A stretch of 64,000 bases of DNA from Lingula anatina (taxonomy: Eukaryota; Animalia; Brachiopoda): contig CM120641.1 of assembly GCA_051362555.1 (NCBI GenBank), forward strand, positions 17,732,001 to 17,796,000, written 5' to 3'. Of this stretch, positions 51,201 to 62,822 are shown one piece after another (positions within the stretch are counted from its first letter, which is position 1; each line of letters begins with the position of its first letter). A model generated the notes under the pieces. That model was not told the origin of the DNA and made no database searches. It worked only from the letters and a program-made list of their open reading frames with translations. The translations under genes were made by a program, and so were the position numbers.

Positions 51201-53134
51201 TGTCTTTTTAGGTAGTCTTTGTTGAGAACCGTTTCAAACACTAAAAAATGTTTAGTTTTGTGACAGTTGTATGTTTTCATCCATTTTAGACACTACATTC
51301 TGTTTAATTGGAAATATTTTTTACATACCGTGGTTTTGCTTAAAACCCCTTTTGTTGATGTTGTTCGTAAATAAAATGTTACCTATATGATTCGCAAATG
51401 ATAAAAATTGTGTGTAAAATGTCGTTTTCAGTAAAGATAACAGAAAGCTGATAACAGCTATTAGTTTACAATAAAGGACTACATGTATGTCCACAGAGTG
51501 TTTTTCCATTGCCTATGGCACGTCTACCATCTTTATCTTACTTATTTCGTCTGGATGTTCTTCCCCACTCAGACCCAGCTCCTAGCCAGCAACAAACCCG
51601 AAGACGGGCCAGAGGGTCCCCTGAAGCCGGTACAAGAAATATCCAAATCATGCACATCTCTTCCAATCAACCGCCACCACCCCAGCTCGCTCCCCAGCAG
51701 TTCTCCATACAAATCCAAAGAGGCACCCCATCCCAGTCTCCTGGCACGCCCCCTGGCGGGCGACAGAGACCAAAGTGTATGTATCAATAGCTTCTTTGTT
51801 GTTGATAACGTTGTTTTTACCTTCTTGTTCCTTTTCTCGAAATGCTTTTGATAAGATAAATGTTTGTTTGCCTCGTGTCAAACTTTCTCTTCAATCTCCT
51901 TAATACTTTCACTTTGTTGTTGTTGTTAATATAGTTGGTGCATCTGTTTCGTCTCACTTGTTTTGTTCTTTGACTAAAATCAGACTACTATGGCCAGGAG
52001 AAAAAAAAAGAAAGAAATGATAGTTAATGATAACAGTTAATTACTCTCTTTTGAAATGTTTCTGTTTTCTAGTTTAGTTTTTAAAAATGCATAAACCAAT
52101 TCATGAAAGACCATCCTAATACATGTACTAGTATACGGCATGGCTGCGCGTTTTTTAAATCTGTCATTAAACTTACTGAGGTACTCGATATATTTCCGGA
52201 GCGATATTTCGGGAAAATATTGAAAAAGCTGCTTAGTTGTTATTTGAATAATTTTTCTTTAATATCATGTTAAATGAACATGTTTGTTTGTATACAGACT
52301 GTAGGCAAATGTAAAAAGTAAAGGTGGCGATTAATTGGCGGAAACAAATCCTTGTATTGAATTTATCCGTTTTCGAAACTTTGTTTTTCTATGCATTCAG
52401 ACTTGGTAACAAAACACCTTCTGTAGCAGCTAATGATGATAAATTTCATGTGCACTTCGTTTTGAGTGCGACAGTACGCACATGAAAGTTAATTACTCTC
52501 TAGCTGCTTAAAGAGGGGTGTCATTCAGTTAATCTAATTGCATTCAGCGAGAGTCACCGCAGAGTTAGATCGATCTACGGGAATGCGCCCTGTAACTCAC
52601 TTGCAATTTTTACTTTATCTTGATCCACCCTCCCTCCAGAAATCGCCTCCTTTGCCTCCATTTCCAACTGTCAACCCTTTGGATTCTATTATAAACATGT
52701 CTGCGGCAAAGCCATATAACTTATCTCATCAAATATAAACCTGTCTTATAGCAATGGAAAGAAAGGGTTGACAAGTTTGAAATGATTTTATTATGTCATT
52801 CATTTCTTTCTTCACGTTTTATTGACCTTTTGCATGAGCTAATTTCACATTTTCGTGCCTTCCAAGCTTGCTGTTTTCCATTTTACCATGCACGGGGCGA
52901 AAGCAGTTCAACAACAGCAGATATCTTTGAAACAGCCGTAGCTTAGAAATTTTACAGAGGCGATTTTGGTTTTCAGTATCCAAGCTTCCTGAAAGCATCA
53001 AACGGGCGTCCTTCGACGAGGACCTGCCTCCTAGTTCTCCCCCGCCACACGGCTGGGAGAGCCGCGCCATGAGAATCCTGCAGCTGGCAGAGAGAAAGAA
53101 GGCGACGGCGTTTGATGGCTCATCTGACCTGTAA
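39249..53134 (+). CDS. PDZ protein without LIM domains (Zasp/ALP-Enigma-type), paralog B, proline-rich, about 823 aa
   Basis: Ten in-phase GT-AG coding exons: 39249-39347 (METVWLQRPTSDVPWGFRLQGGADFFQPLTVQR), 44758-44906 (VSGGSIAATGLEKGDTILKIGSQPTEFLTHAEAQGLIKDSGNLIQLTVHK), 46451-46793, 47939-48147 (DGKTPFTYTPGAKLDL), 48798-48980, 49252-49688 (DYTQSDVYKMIH...HGLSFKVLQVLTG), 49895-50467 (VPSHTFKRLMRMT), 51095-51211 (YKGRNIPSKSFKLLQQMTG), 51573-51776 and 52977-53134 (...AFDGSSDL*); 2472 nt. The two PDZ exons are missed by the ORF track. An acceptor at 39119-39120 suggests an upstream non-coding exon. Confidence 0.88.
41655..41825 (-). pseudogene. Tc1-type transposase C-terminal remnant in intron 1 of paralog B
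   Basis: NLELLRQALQNEWGNIPKYRLVTFIESMPRLVQEIIAVRGRQTCY* matches the Tc1 C-terminal L...L.EEW..IP......LI.SMPRR...VI.A.GG.T.Y pattern. Confidence 0.75.
45041..46317. mobile_element. Non-autonomous Tc1/mariner-pogo-like element (1.28 kb) in intron 2 of paralog B
   Basis: Perfect TIR GGGGAGACCGGGGCTAGTTGG ... CCAACTAGCCCCGGTCTCCCC flanked by TA on both sides. The GGGGC(A/T)AGTTGGCCC motif is repeated subterminally in both orientations (45231-45270, 45910-45950, 46275-46310). No ORF. Confidence 0.85.
48245..48633. mobile_element. CMC/EnSpm-like MITE in intron 4 of paralog B
   Basis: Termini CACTCTAAAAACA ... TGTTTTTAGAGTA, with repeated CGGTT/AACCG subterminal motifs and an internal (ATTATA)n tract. 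The TSD is not clean. Confidence 0.55.
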
Positions 53135-56100
53135 TATGACTTTTTCTAGATAATTGGCGCTGTAAAACGCCAACTTGTATTTTGAAATCCTTCAAAAGCA
53201 TCTTGCCCTTATTGTACGTGTTACAGATCGAATCCAACAAGCACCCGCCTCAGACTTTTGAAGAATGGGGAATTAGAGAAAGAAGAAGACATTGGCTGTC
53301 AAAGAAAATGGTAATACTCTGTTTTCTGGCCACTAAATGGTGATTTAATTTCTGTCGGACAATCGTCCATTAACAATTCATGACGTTATCATCGAATCCC
53401 AACCAATGACGTCACTGTCGAATCCCAGTTCATGGCACCAGTTCGTGTCTTTGATGTTGTAGATCTTTACTAGCACCGATACGTATGTGCATTTGCCTAA
53501 AATATAAGTATGCGCATTGACAAAACTCCAGCAAAAAAGATTTTAGTAGAAACGAAATGACTGTTGCTATATTCCGCAAATATTATGGATATAAAGTGTT
53601 ACTGAACAGAGGGAAAACCAAATTCAGATGCGCATTTGTGTCAACGTTCGGTATGTAAATTATAGCGTATATACAGTATGCTTTTTAATGTGGAAGGAAA
53701 ACGTTACAGCCAGACAGTCAAAGGAGATGTTTTGAAGATGTACTGAGGAGGATGAAGTAAGATGAAGAACACTTACAAACCGTGAGGTGATTGTATTATG
53801 ATATAATGTATTGTTCCGTAAGTTTGCCATGAACTACTCAATATTTACCGTGTGGAAATACAATACCTTAAGGAATGATTATATCATTTGGAGAGTGTTA
53901 TGTATAAAGGAGATAGGTCCGTGTTTTATGTGTTTCTTGTCGACTGTGTACTGCTAATACCATAAATACTTAAGTTTGGGTAATGCATGATATAAAAGAC
54001 CATGGAATTTATTGAACTAAAGATTATGGCACTTATAATGTATTGCTCTTCGAGGTGTGTATGGCCTTTATCGAGGAATCAAACCTAACGTATTTCAGCG
54101 GATTTTATGGCGTATTTGTGCTACTGTCTTGCTTATGTCTAAGAAAAGTCACTGCTCAGTCATGTACGTGATAATGAACCTTACGTCACTATTCTTAGAC
54201 GGTGATGTATGCACGCTCAAGGCCAATCTTTTGTGGATTATTTGAACTGCTAGTACAGCTACCTTGGGCTTAAAACTCGTCAACAGTATTAGTAAGTTTA
54301 TAAATCAGGTGATAGCATGCGCAGGTTAGCGTTCATTTCTTATTTATTTGTTCTTATTTGGAGAGTGACTAATAGCCAACTCTATGCCGACTTCAGTTCT
54401 ATATATATGATTCACTTCTACTTTGGTGTTCATTCTTCAAACATTTTCAAGCAGTGATTGGTTTTAGATTTTGGTCATTGGATAATTTAAAATAGATCGA
54501 GAGCATTGATTGTCAGCGCTGTTTTCAGTTATGTCTATTTGTTCAACGTAAAACCAGAAGCATCCTGCATTTAGTTCTTAAATCCTGATATCACTCGTGA
54601 CGGGTACTGGTTTGGGGAGTAGGGGTGAGGGGGGGGGCATTGCCCACGTATCCCACGATAACGAAAGGGTTGCCGTCTTTGTTTAGACTCATCAAGCAAT
54701 ACGTCTTTTGTCCTCATTGTAAACTAAAAATATCATATATGTAACCTAAGTTCTTAAATAACGCCTTTTATTTATTGTTCGATTTTTTTTCGTATGTTTG
54801 ACATACCGTACTTGTAGCCTCACTTTGCGGTTTGATCTAATTAATAAATACTTCAATGCAATTGTCGTAAGACTAGTTTTTCTTTCTGTTCCCGGGGCAG
54901 TAAACGTAAACTGTGCAGCGTTTACACATAAAAAGAACGCATTAACATGAAATGAAACATTTATTATCCTTTACTTACATACCTCAGGTTCAGTTGACAA
55001 TTTCCAAAATGTATTGTTCATCAAAATGGCAATACAGGGATTTGTACAGATTCACATTCATCCTCATATGACTATTTCACCAGAAAGTATCATAAATATC
55101 CACACTATTCACTTTTCTTCAAATTGGAGAAATGAAAAAGCTTATTGAAAGCGGCTGCTTTACTGGGTACAGTGTAGCATTCCCTATTGGTAGCAACGTC
55201 TACCGCAAATGAAACTCAGCATAACACTGTGATATCTTCAGAACTCGCACAAACTATACGAGTGGATCCATAGAGCCGTCTCACCGAAATGCTGACGTGT
55301 CAACAATGATTTACTTACACCACCAAAAGTTCACGTTTAACTATACGTTTACAAAATGAAAGTACAATAATTCCGTTGGCTGCTTCAAGCCAACATCTCA
55401 CCGGGTACCTCTTTTTACAATATACATTTAGTGCTGTCACAAAGTCTGGAAAGTTGAAAATGGTGGACGTACATGTATTGCTACTGGGTTTACATAAAAA
55501 CCACTGCTTTGGCATAGGATACAACATATAGCCCATCGTGTTGTGTATCCATTTTTCACAGATCAACAATCGACTGCAAGTAAATTAAACCGATTTGTAT
55601 AATGATTATTCGATGTATTCATATTTCAAGCGGTGTCTATTGCACTTCAGGTAGGCATGTGTGTGCCTTGCAGTACGTGCCAAACCTAAGAAACAACCCG
55701 TGCGTTGTCATCATACTCAGCACTGGCAGGTTAGCCCGTGGAAAGAAACTTAGGATCCCTGTAACAGTCAGTCCACCCTCCATTACGGGGGGGGGGTGGG
55801 GGGTGGGGGGGTGGGGGTTGAACTCTCAAGACGGGAGTATATCGAGTTCATTGATGACCTGACTTTTTTGTCTCTTTCACACAAAGTACACTTTAAAATA
55901 ATATGTGAACCGAGTAACTAAGTGTGCCCATGAACTGTAACTATAACATGGCACCGGTATATTTGTCTAAAAACTCTGCATTTTGCACCTAAAATCCATT
56001 CCAAAATAAGAACTTACTTTAAAATTACCTACTGACCTATCCTCAAACTTGACTACAATGGATAAAATCATTACAAGTGAATTTTGACAGATGAATGATA

Positions 56101-57179
56101 CCAGTCACTTCAGTCAGAATAATGCACACATGTAACCTCTGAATAATGTAGAACTTTTGCAAAACTTGAAGGGAAAAATACATTTGATTCTCATGTTACA
56201 ATTTTCTAACTTTGAGGTAGAAGTTCCTCCTTTGGGTGCAGTTCACAAACAATAACCAAATGGAATAAATATAACATAGTTAATAACTATAACATGTTAT
56301 AACTTAGATACAATAAACAAGCTTTAAACCCATATGTTTATCTTCCAAGAGTACTGATATTAAAATACGAAGTGGGCAGTTTATTACTGTATGACATGGA
56401 AGGAGTAATTTAAGTGGCCAAGTAAAAAAGCAATGCAGGAAATATATTAAAGTTTGAGGTGGCTTTCAACAGATGAATGAAAATAAGACCCAAATGGCAC
56501 CATGATAACAGAGATCAGGATTTTTCTATTGGTAATTGTTCCTATACTGCATTTACTGATCTACTTGAGAATCAAAAATATGCGGCAACCAAAATGGCTC
56601 CAACAACATACACTATGTGCCAAGTCAAATTCTCTTCTTTGCAATTCTCAAATTACCTTGAAATTCCTCAAAAAAGGCTAATCAGAATTTTGGTCCACTT
56701 CTAGGTTGGTCCAAGACCACTTCAATTTAAGCATGTAAATACAATATGAAATGCAGTAGCACTGCTAATAAATGCTGCAGTTTCCCATCACCGCAATGCT
56801 GTCATCACAACCATTTCTTTACTGTAAAGAGGAGGTCCACATGACTGACAGAAAAACCAAGGCCTTCATTGATAGCTCAACATAAACAGAACAACTTAAA
56901 TTGATTAGCTGTAATTGCTCTAAACAAGGGAATATACTTTTTTGTGGTAAAAAATTAATTAACAAGAAGCAAAATTTGTCTAGGCCAACTGAAGTTTCAC
57001 TATATACAAAAATATTGATCATCATGTAATAAAATATGCTGGTTGACAGCACTGATAAATACTTGACTTTTTATGTTAAATATTAGAACATTTTAAAAAT
57101 GTTATCCTTTAAAATTTTCTGTCAGAGATTTTGCCTTACTCCATGCAAAACATCACTTAGCAATTGTATGAAAATAACT

Positions 57180-60100
57180 TTAATCCAGATCAAAGTATTT
57201 TGTCCGTTTTGAATCAGGTTCTTGCTCTACATCTTCTTCATCTCCTACGATGATGCTCATTTGTGCTGCAGTGTACTTGCCCTCTGTGGCTGGCCTGATG
57301 GGTCTTCCCAGGGTGCCCTTTTCTATATCCGCTAGGGCATGGTCAAAGGCTTGTATGAGGCGCTGAGCGTTATCTGCTGTAAAGCACATTGGGGGAGTAA
57401 TCGCCATCACATTCTTGTCTGGACCCTCATTGCTAATAATGATCTTCTCTTGTTTCAGTCTGAAATAATGATGAAATGACTCAATGCCATAACACAATCT
57501 ACAAACATTTCATATTGGATGCTGTGAGAAAATTGTTATTTTAAATCACAATTTATGGCAGTAGTATGCAAAATTGATTTTTTCCCTACTGACTACCTGT
57601 CAATACCTGTATTGATGTTTCTTTTTTCTTCTCAACTGGCAAATAATACTTAAGAATTTGTGAATGTACTCATTTACTGTCTGGCTTTTAGTCTGACATC
57701 AATCTAAAAGTATCTACAGATATAACTGTTTCTTTAAAACAAAAATATGTCCCAGGTTTAGTAGATAAAAAGCACATAAGGTAAATTTTGTCAAAGACTA
57801 TGGGTTTTCAAAAGAGTACTTTCAATACAGTGAAGTCTGCATTCCACTTTTCTCTTACTGATGGATGGTAGCTGTGGAGATTGTAGCAAACTAAACTGCC
57901 ACTGAGACTTCAGGGTTTCATAAGATGACTAACCTGTATGTTAACATGTCTGCAGCCTCTGTGGCTGGTTTCCTGCTGTCTGTGTCTGTCACAATTTCTA
58001 TCCCAACAGACAAACCCAAGCCCCTTGATAAAAAAGTGAAGAAATTTCATGTTTTTATTTTCTCTTAATAATCATAAGAGATTTCACATTGATTTAATGC
58101 TTCCATGGAAGGACTCTGCGACTTAAATGATGAACTACATATTCATTTATCAAAAAAAAAAAAAAAGAAAAAAATCAAATACATTAAGCAATACAAAGTT
58201 ATTCAATCTGGCATTCATCTAGTCTTCTTACCTGACATCTCCCATCATGGGATGACATGGCATAATGGCCCTAAAACCATCCAGGAGACACTTCCCCACA
58301 CTCTTTGCACTGCTCATCAACTTCTCATTCTTGATCACATCCAAGACAGCAAGGCCCATAGAACAAGACACAGGATTACCCCCAAACTGAAGTGAGAAAA
58401 AGAGCACTTGAGATGACAAGAAAGTTGCAGCTCTCTGATAATAATAAGTGTAGAATACCTTTAACATGAAAAAATCAGAAAATATTTTGTGTTGTTGGGC
58501 TGTTTATGTCCACATGCTGATCCAAAGTATGTGAAAACAAGATACATGACTGCCAACAAACTAAACTATGGGAAAATTGAAAAATAAATACCTAAGTGAT
58601 GGGGGTGAATTATGTGAGTGAAATACTCAGAAAAGATTAGGACAGTGATTTTGATACTTGCTCTACATTCAATGCCAACTTCTTTTTATTCATTCATTAA
58701 AAACAAATGGGTACGGCAAAACTCAATTTCTTACATTATTTCTCACCACTCTGTATAGCAAAACTCAATTTCTTACATTATTTCTCACCAGTCTAAGTTT
58801 CCACTTATTATCCCTACTTTCAATTTCTTATGAAAAGAAAATGTGTAGACATGCCACAGTAAAATCATATAATGCTGACCAGTTAAAAAAGTTCCCTTCA
58901 AACCCCACTACTATTAATTTAAAACTTAAAAGAAGTCCTGAAATGATCCGAATTGAACTTTGCATTCAAAGTACATGAAAAGAAAAAAATAATAATTTGC
59001 ATAATTAATCCTTACAAAAACAACAACATACAGTTAACAGAGGGTAAATTCAACAACAAGTCAGCAGTATGCCTCACTATGACAATAACATGTGAAAGTT
59101 AACAGGCTTACCCCACTGGAAAATTCTTTCAGGCTGTCAGCAATTTCTCTTCTAGTGATAACTGCAGACATTGGGTAGCCATTTCCAACAGGTTTACCTA
59201 TGGTCACTATGTCAGGAACAACGTCTGTGAAGAAGTAAAGATTATGTACTCAACCCTTACATTTCATTTGTGTAACTACAATAAGCCTTTACCAATGCTA
59301 AGTGGTTCACAGATTACTCTAAAATGCTTATATCTTGAATTACTTTTGAGAAATGACTACCTATCAATATACACTTTGTCACTGTAGAGAAGATGCTGGT
59401 ATCTTAATGTTAGACATTAAAACACCACTTCACTTAGGAATCTACCAAATAAAACCTATCAAAACTTACTCCAATGCTGAAAAGACCACATGTGTTCTCC
59501 AATCCTCCCCATTCCATTGGCAATCTCATCCACAACACACAAACCACCTGCATCACGGATGTACCTGATTTCATAAGAGATTAATACATGTTCATTAAAC
59601 AGCAAAAGGTTACATCACACTTAGCTGTGAGTTCTTATTCAACCTGGCAACAGGTGTACAGGTTTTTTTTTACTTATTTCATAACAGACAAATCTGATTT
59701 TTCCTCATTATGCTCATTTCAGTTACTGCATCACGGATGTACCTGATTTTATAAGAGATTAACACATGTTCATTAAACAGCAAAATGTTAGATAACACTT
59801 AGCTGTGAGTTGTTAATCAACCTGGCAACAGGTGTACAGGTTTTTTTTTACTTATTTCATAACAGACAAATCAGATTTTTTCCTCATTATGCTCATTTCA
59901 GTGACTTTGCTGAATCTGAAGCTATACCTTTCACATCATCGAAATTAACCCTAAATCTTTCATTGGTCATAACAAAATCTATAAAATATCAGATGTTTAT
60001 GGCTGATATCATATCTGTTCAAGACACATGGAACAGCATATAATATTCACATGTGCTTTTCTCTAAATAAAATGTCAAGCACATACACCAAACACAAATA

Positions 60101-62822
60101 TTGGCAACTTGAGACTTTAATGACAGTAATCTGATTCCCTAATACACTCAGATGTTACTGACATTTTAAAGAAATATCATATCTCTGGGTTTGAACAATA
60201 GCAAAAGAAATCTTTAAAACATTAATCTCTCAGACTAAATGTCAAACTACAGCTCTATTCTATTATTTGGTTTCTGAAGGTGACCCACCTATAAACATTC
60301 TCAAAGTAGCTCTGTGGAGGCAGAATCATTCCACACTGAGATAGCAAACACTCACTGAAAAATGCTGCAATCTAAAATGAAAAAAAAAGCAACAGAACTG
60401 AAAAAAGAATTACAAATACTGTGATCTTTGTTTTTCATAGTGTAATTTCATCCAAACTTTCATCCAGTTTTCATGGTACTTTCATGGTTCTTTACTGACA
60501 ATGTCAATCAATGGGCAGATCCTTTATTTCAAGTCCAACTTTATGCCTGCATTTTAGACACAAACATTTTAGACAGAAAAAGTAATATAAATTCATATAT
60601 GCAGCATTTTCATTAAAAGCTGATCATTTAATGAAAGATAAAATATTCATTCTACCCATGAACAGAATATATTTTCTTACATCATTCAGGGAATTATACC
60701 AGAGTAAAACTGATAAGTGAAATAAAAGCACATGTTCATCAAGAGTGTATATGTTCACCACACCTTTCTTCCCCTGGCTGTGGCCTGATCCATCAATCTC
60801 TTCACTTCATTGGCATATATTATCCCTGCATCTGGATGTAAGGGATCTCTCACCATACCACGATAGGTGTCAGGACATGGAACCTTTATAAACCGAATGA
60901 AAAACTGTTTCACTGGCACTTGGATATTGAATCTGGCTCGATGCCAATTCGGATATTTATCATACATTAGACTTTCAGCTCCTCACATCTTTCATTATGT
61001 GTTATGGAAAACAAAGAGCCACGCTTGCATTGAAAATATCCATCAAATGTTTATATGATTAAATTTGGCTGATAAAATTCATGAATTTTCAAATATTTTG
61101 TAGTCATGTCTCACAAGTTTTAAACAGGTCCGACACCCTCAGATGCATGATTATAGCAAAACTACTACTAGAGTTGGCTGAGCTTCAATGTGAGCAAACT
61201 GGGAATTTCACTGTAATCACTTGGTATGGTACTTACAACATGGACCCAATCCTCTTGTTTTAATTGTTGTCTCTTGAATCTGAGAGGACTAATGCTGACC
61301 ATGTTACTAAGGTTACCATGGAAAGCACTGAAATAAAATTAGTACATGATCAGGATTTGATTACTCTATTCAACCCAGTGTAACAATTGATAATAATTCA
61401 AAGTAGCTACGTTAACTTATATGCTTGTGGATACATAATTTAGCAGTTAAGTTATTTCCACACCATAGTGTCACCATTCTTTAAAAGGCATTTGTAAGTT
61501 GCGTAGTTTGTTGAACTAAACTTGTCCTGAAGTATCTGTATTTATGATCTGTTAAGCATTAACGCAATCATGACAAACTCATCATGTATGTACACTTACT
61601 TATCAATAACCACCACATCCTCGTTCTTAGTATAACTTCTTGCTAAGCACAGAGCTAGATCATTAGCTTCTGACCTGTTGTAAAAAAATTGGAAAAAAAA
61701 AATCATTGCAAGAATTTTAAAAAAATACTTATTATAATACCCTGCACCATCAGAAAAAAAAATATTACCCATCTGCTTGAGGGAAAAAATGGAGGTTTAA
61801 AGCCATTCCTGAGATATATCTGAAACACTTTAAAAGCTACATGTGTCAATCAGAAACATATTAAACAGAGAATAGTAAAGATTAATTCATAATGAGCCTT
61901 AGGGCTCATTCCCATTGAAACAATCAGTCTACTAGTACATAGATTGATTCAACTCCACAGGGACTCTTGCTGAATCAACAGTTTTTCAATATTCTACTCA
62001 TATCAAGAGGTGTGCTAATCTGTTGAACTAAATGAGATTCAGACCCCTCTGAGTTGGATCAATCTAAGAAGACAGATAGTCTCAATGTGAATGAGCCTTT
62101 AAATGAAACAGTGCTGCACAACACACTAATTGTAATTCTGTCTCTTACCCAGAATTCAGGAAATAGACGACACTTAGGCTCTCAGGGAAAGTCTCAATGA
62201 GTCTTTTAGCATACTCTGCCACCACATCATTCAGGAAGCCACTGCCTGTGGTCAGTTTTGCCATCTGTTCCTGGCCTGCACTGACCACTTGTGGGTGGCA
62301 GTGACCAACTGCAATAGAACATATCATATTCAAGAAAAAAAAAACTTAAAATGTGATTATATAAGGGGCAAATTTGTGGGATTTGATTGATGTCTTATCT
62401 AGTCCAATTTCTTTAAAATCCTGTGCTTTTAAATGAAAAGCCAAGTGTGTGATTTTAATTTCATTGCATCATTTTAAATGGCTGGACTCTGGACAACATG
62501 AAAAAAAAATTGCCAGTGACTGAACTAATTTTTTTGGCAAATTGGTTTATGGATAGTCTTAGCTGAACAATAAATATTGTCCCTCTTCAGAGAATTTATT
62601 TTTTCATAAACAAAATAAAAATCACTATTTGCAAGACAACTTTTCTGTCATTAAAGTACAAAGTATTAGGATGCCCCCAGCTATTCCCCTGTCCTGTCCT
62701 TACCATGTGAGATGTTATTGACACAGTCCAGGTACTCCTCTCCATTGTCATCATACACATACTGCTTAGAGGCACAGACAATCTTCAGTGGAGCTGCTTC
62801 AAAATGAAGTTTGCATGGTTTT
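57180..62822 (-). CDS. ETNPPL: Class-III PLP-dependent aminotransferase-fold protein, ethanolamine-phosphate/5-phosphohydroxylysine phospho-lyase-like (ETNPPL/PHYKPL, AGXT2L); first exon not found in the window
   Basis: Eleven in-phase exons: 62822-62704 ([28 protein letters not shown]), 62308-62149 (VGHCHPQVV...YFLNSG), 61674-61600 ([12 protein letters not shown]), 61327-61237 (AFHGNLS), 60883-60764 (VPCPDTYRG), 60371-60289, 59564-59470 ([11 protein letters not shown]), 59224-59112 ([18 protein letters not shown] lysine), 58386-58232 (FGGNPVSC), 58023-57934 and 57459-57180 ([15 protein letters not shown]...DLD*). Family assignment is strong; ETNPPL versus PHYKPL orthology is not resolvable, so the symbol means '-like'. 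Confidence 0.9.
58697..58790. repeat. Short tandem duplication (about 42-bp period)
   Basis: CAAAACTCAATTTCTTACATTATTTCTCACCA occurs twice in the intron. Confidence 0.85.
59548..59902. repeat. Tandem duplication of about 178 bp spanning a splice acceptor of the ETNPPL-like gene
   Basis: CTGCATCACGGATGTACCTGATTT...TTATGCTCATTTCAGT occurs at 59548 and again at 59726, with few mismatches. Confidence 0.9.
61902..62098. mobile_element. PIF/Harbinger-like MITE in an ETNPPL-like intron
   Basis: TTA|GGGCTCATTCCCATTGAAAC ... GTCTCAATGTGAATGAGCCT|TTA: GGG-starting TIR with a 3-bp TTA TSD. Confidence 0.8.

Noticed and set aside
55630-55860. Possible tRNA-derived SINE or RNA gene (B-box-like GAGTTCAACC on the minus strand); similar weak hints at 35590-35710 and 36565-36740
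   Set aside because: No cloverleaf, no clear A box or TSD, and no second copy in the window.
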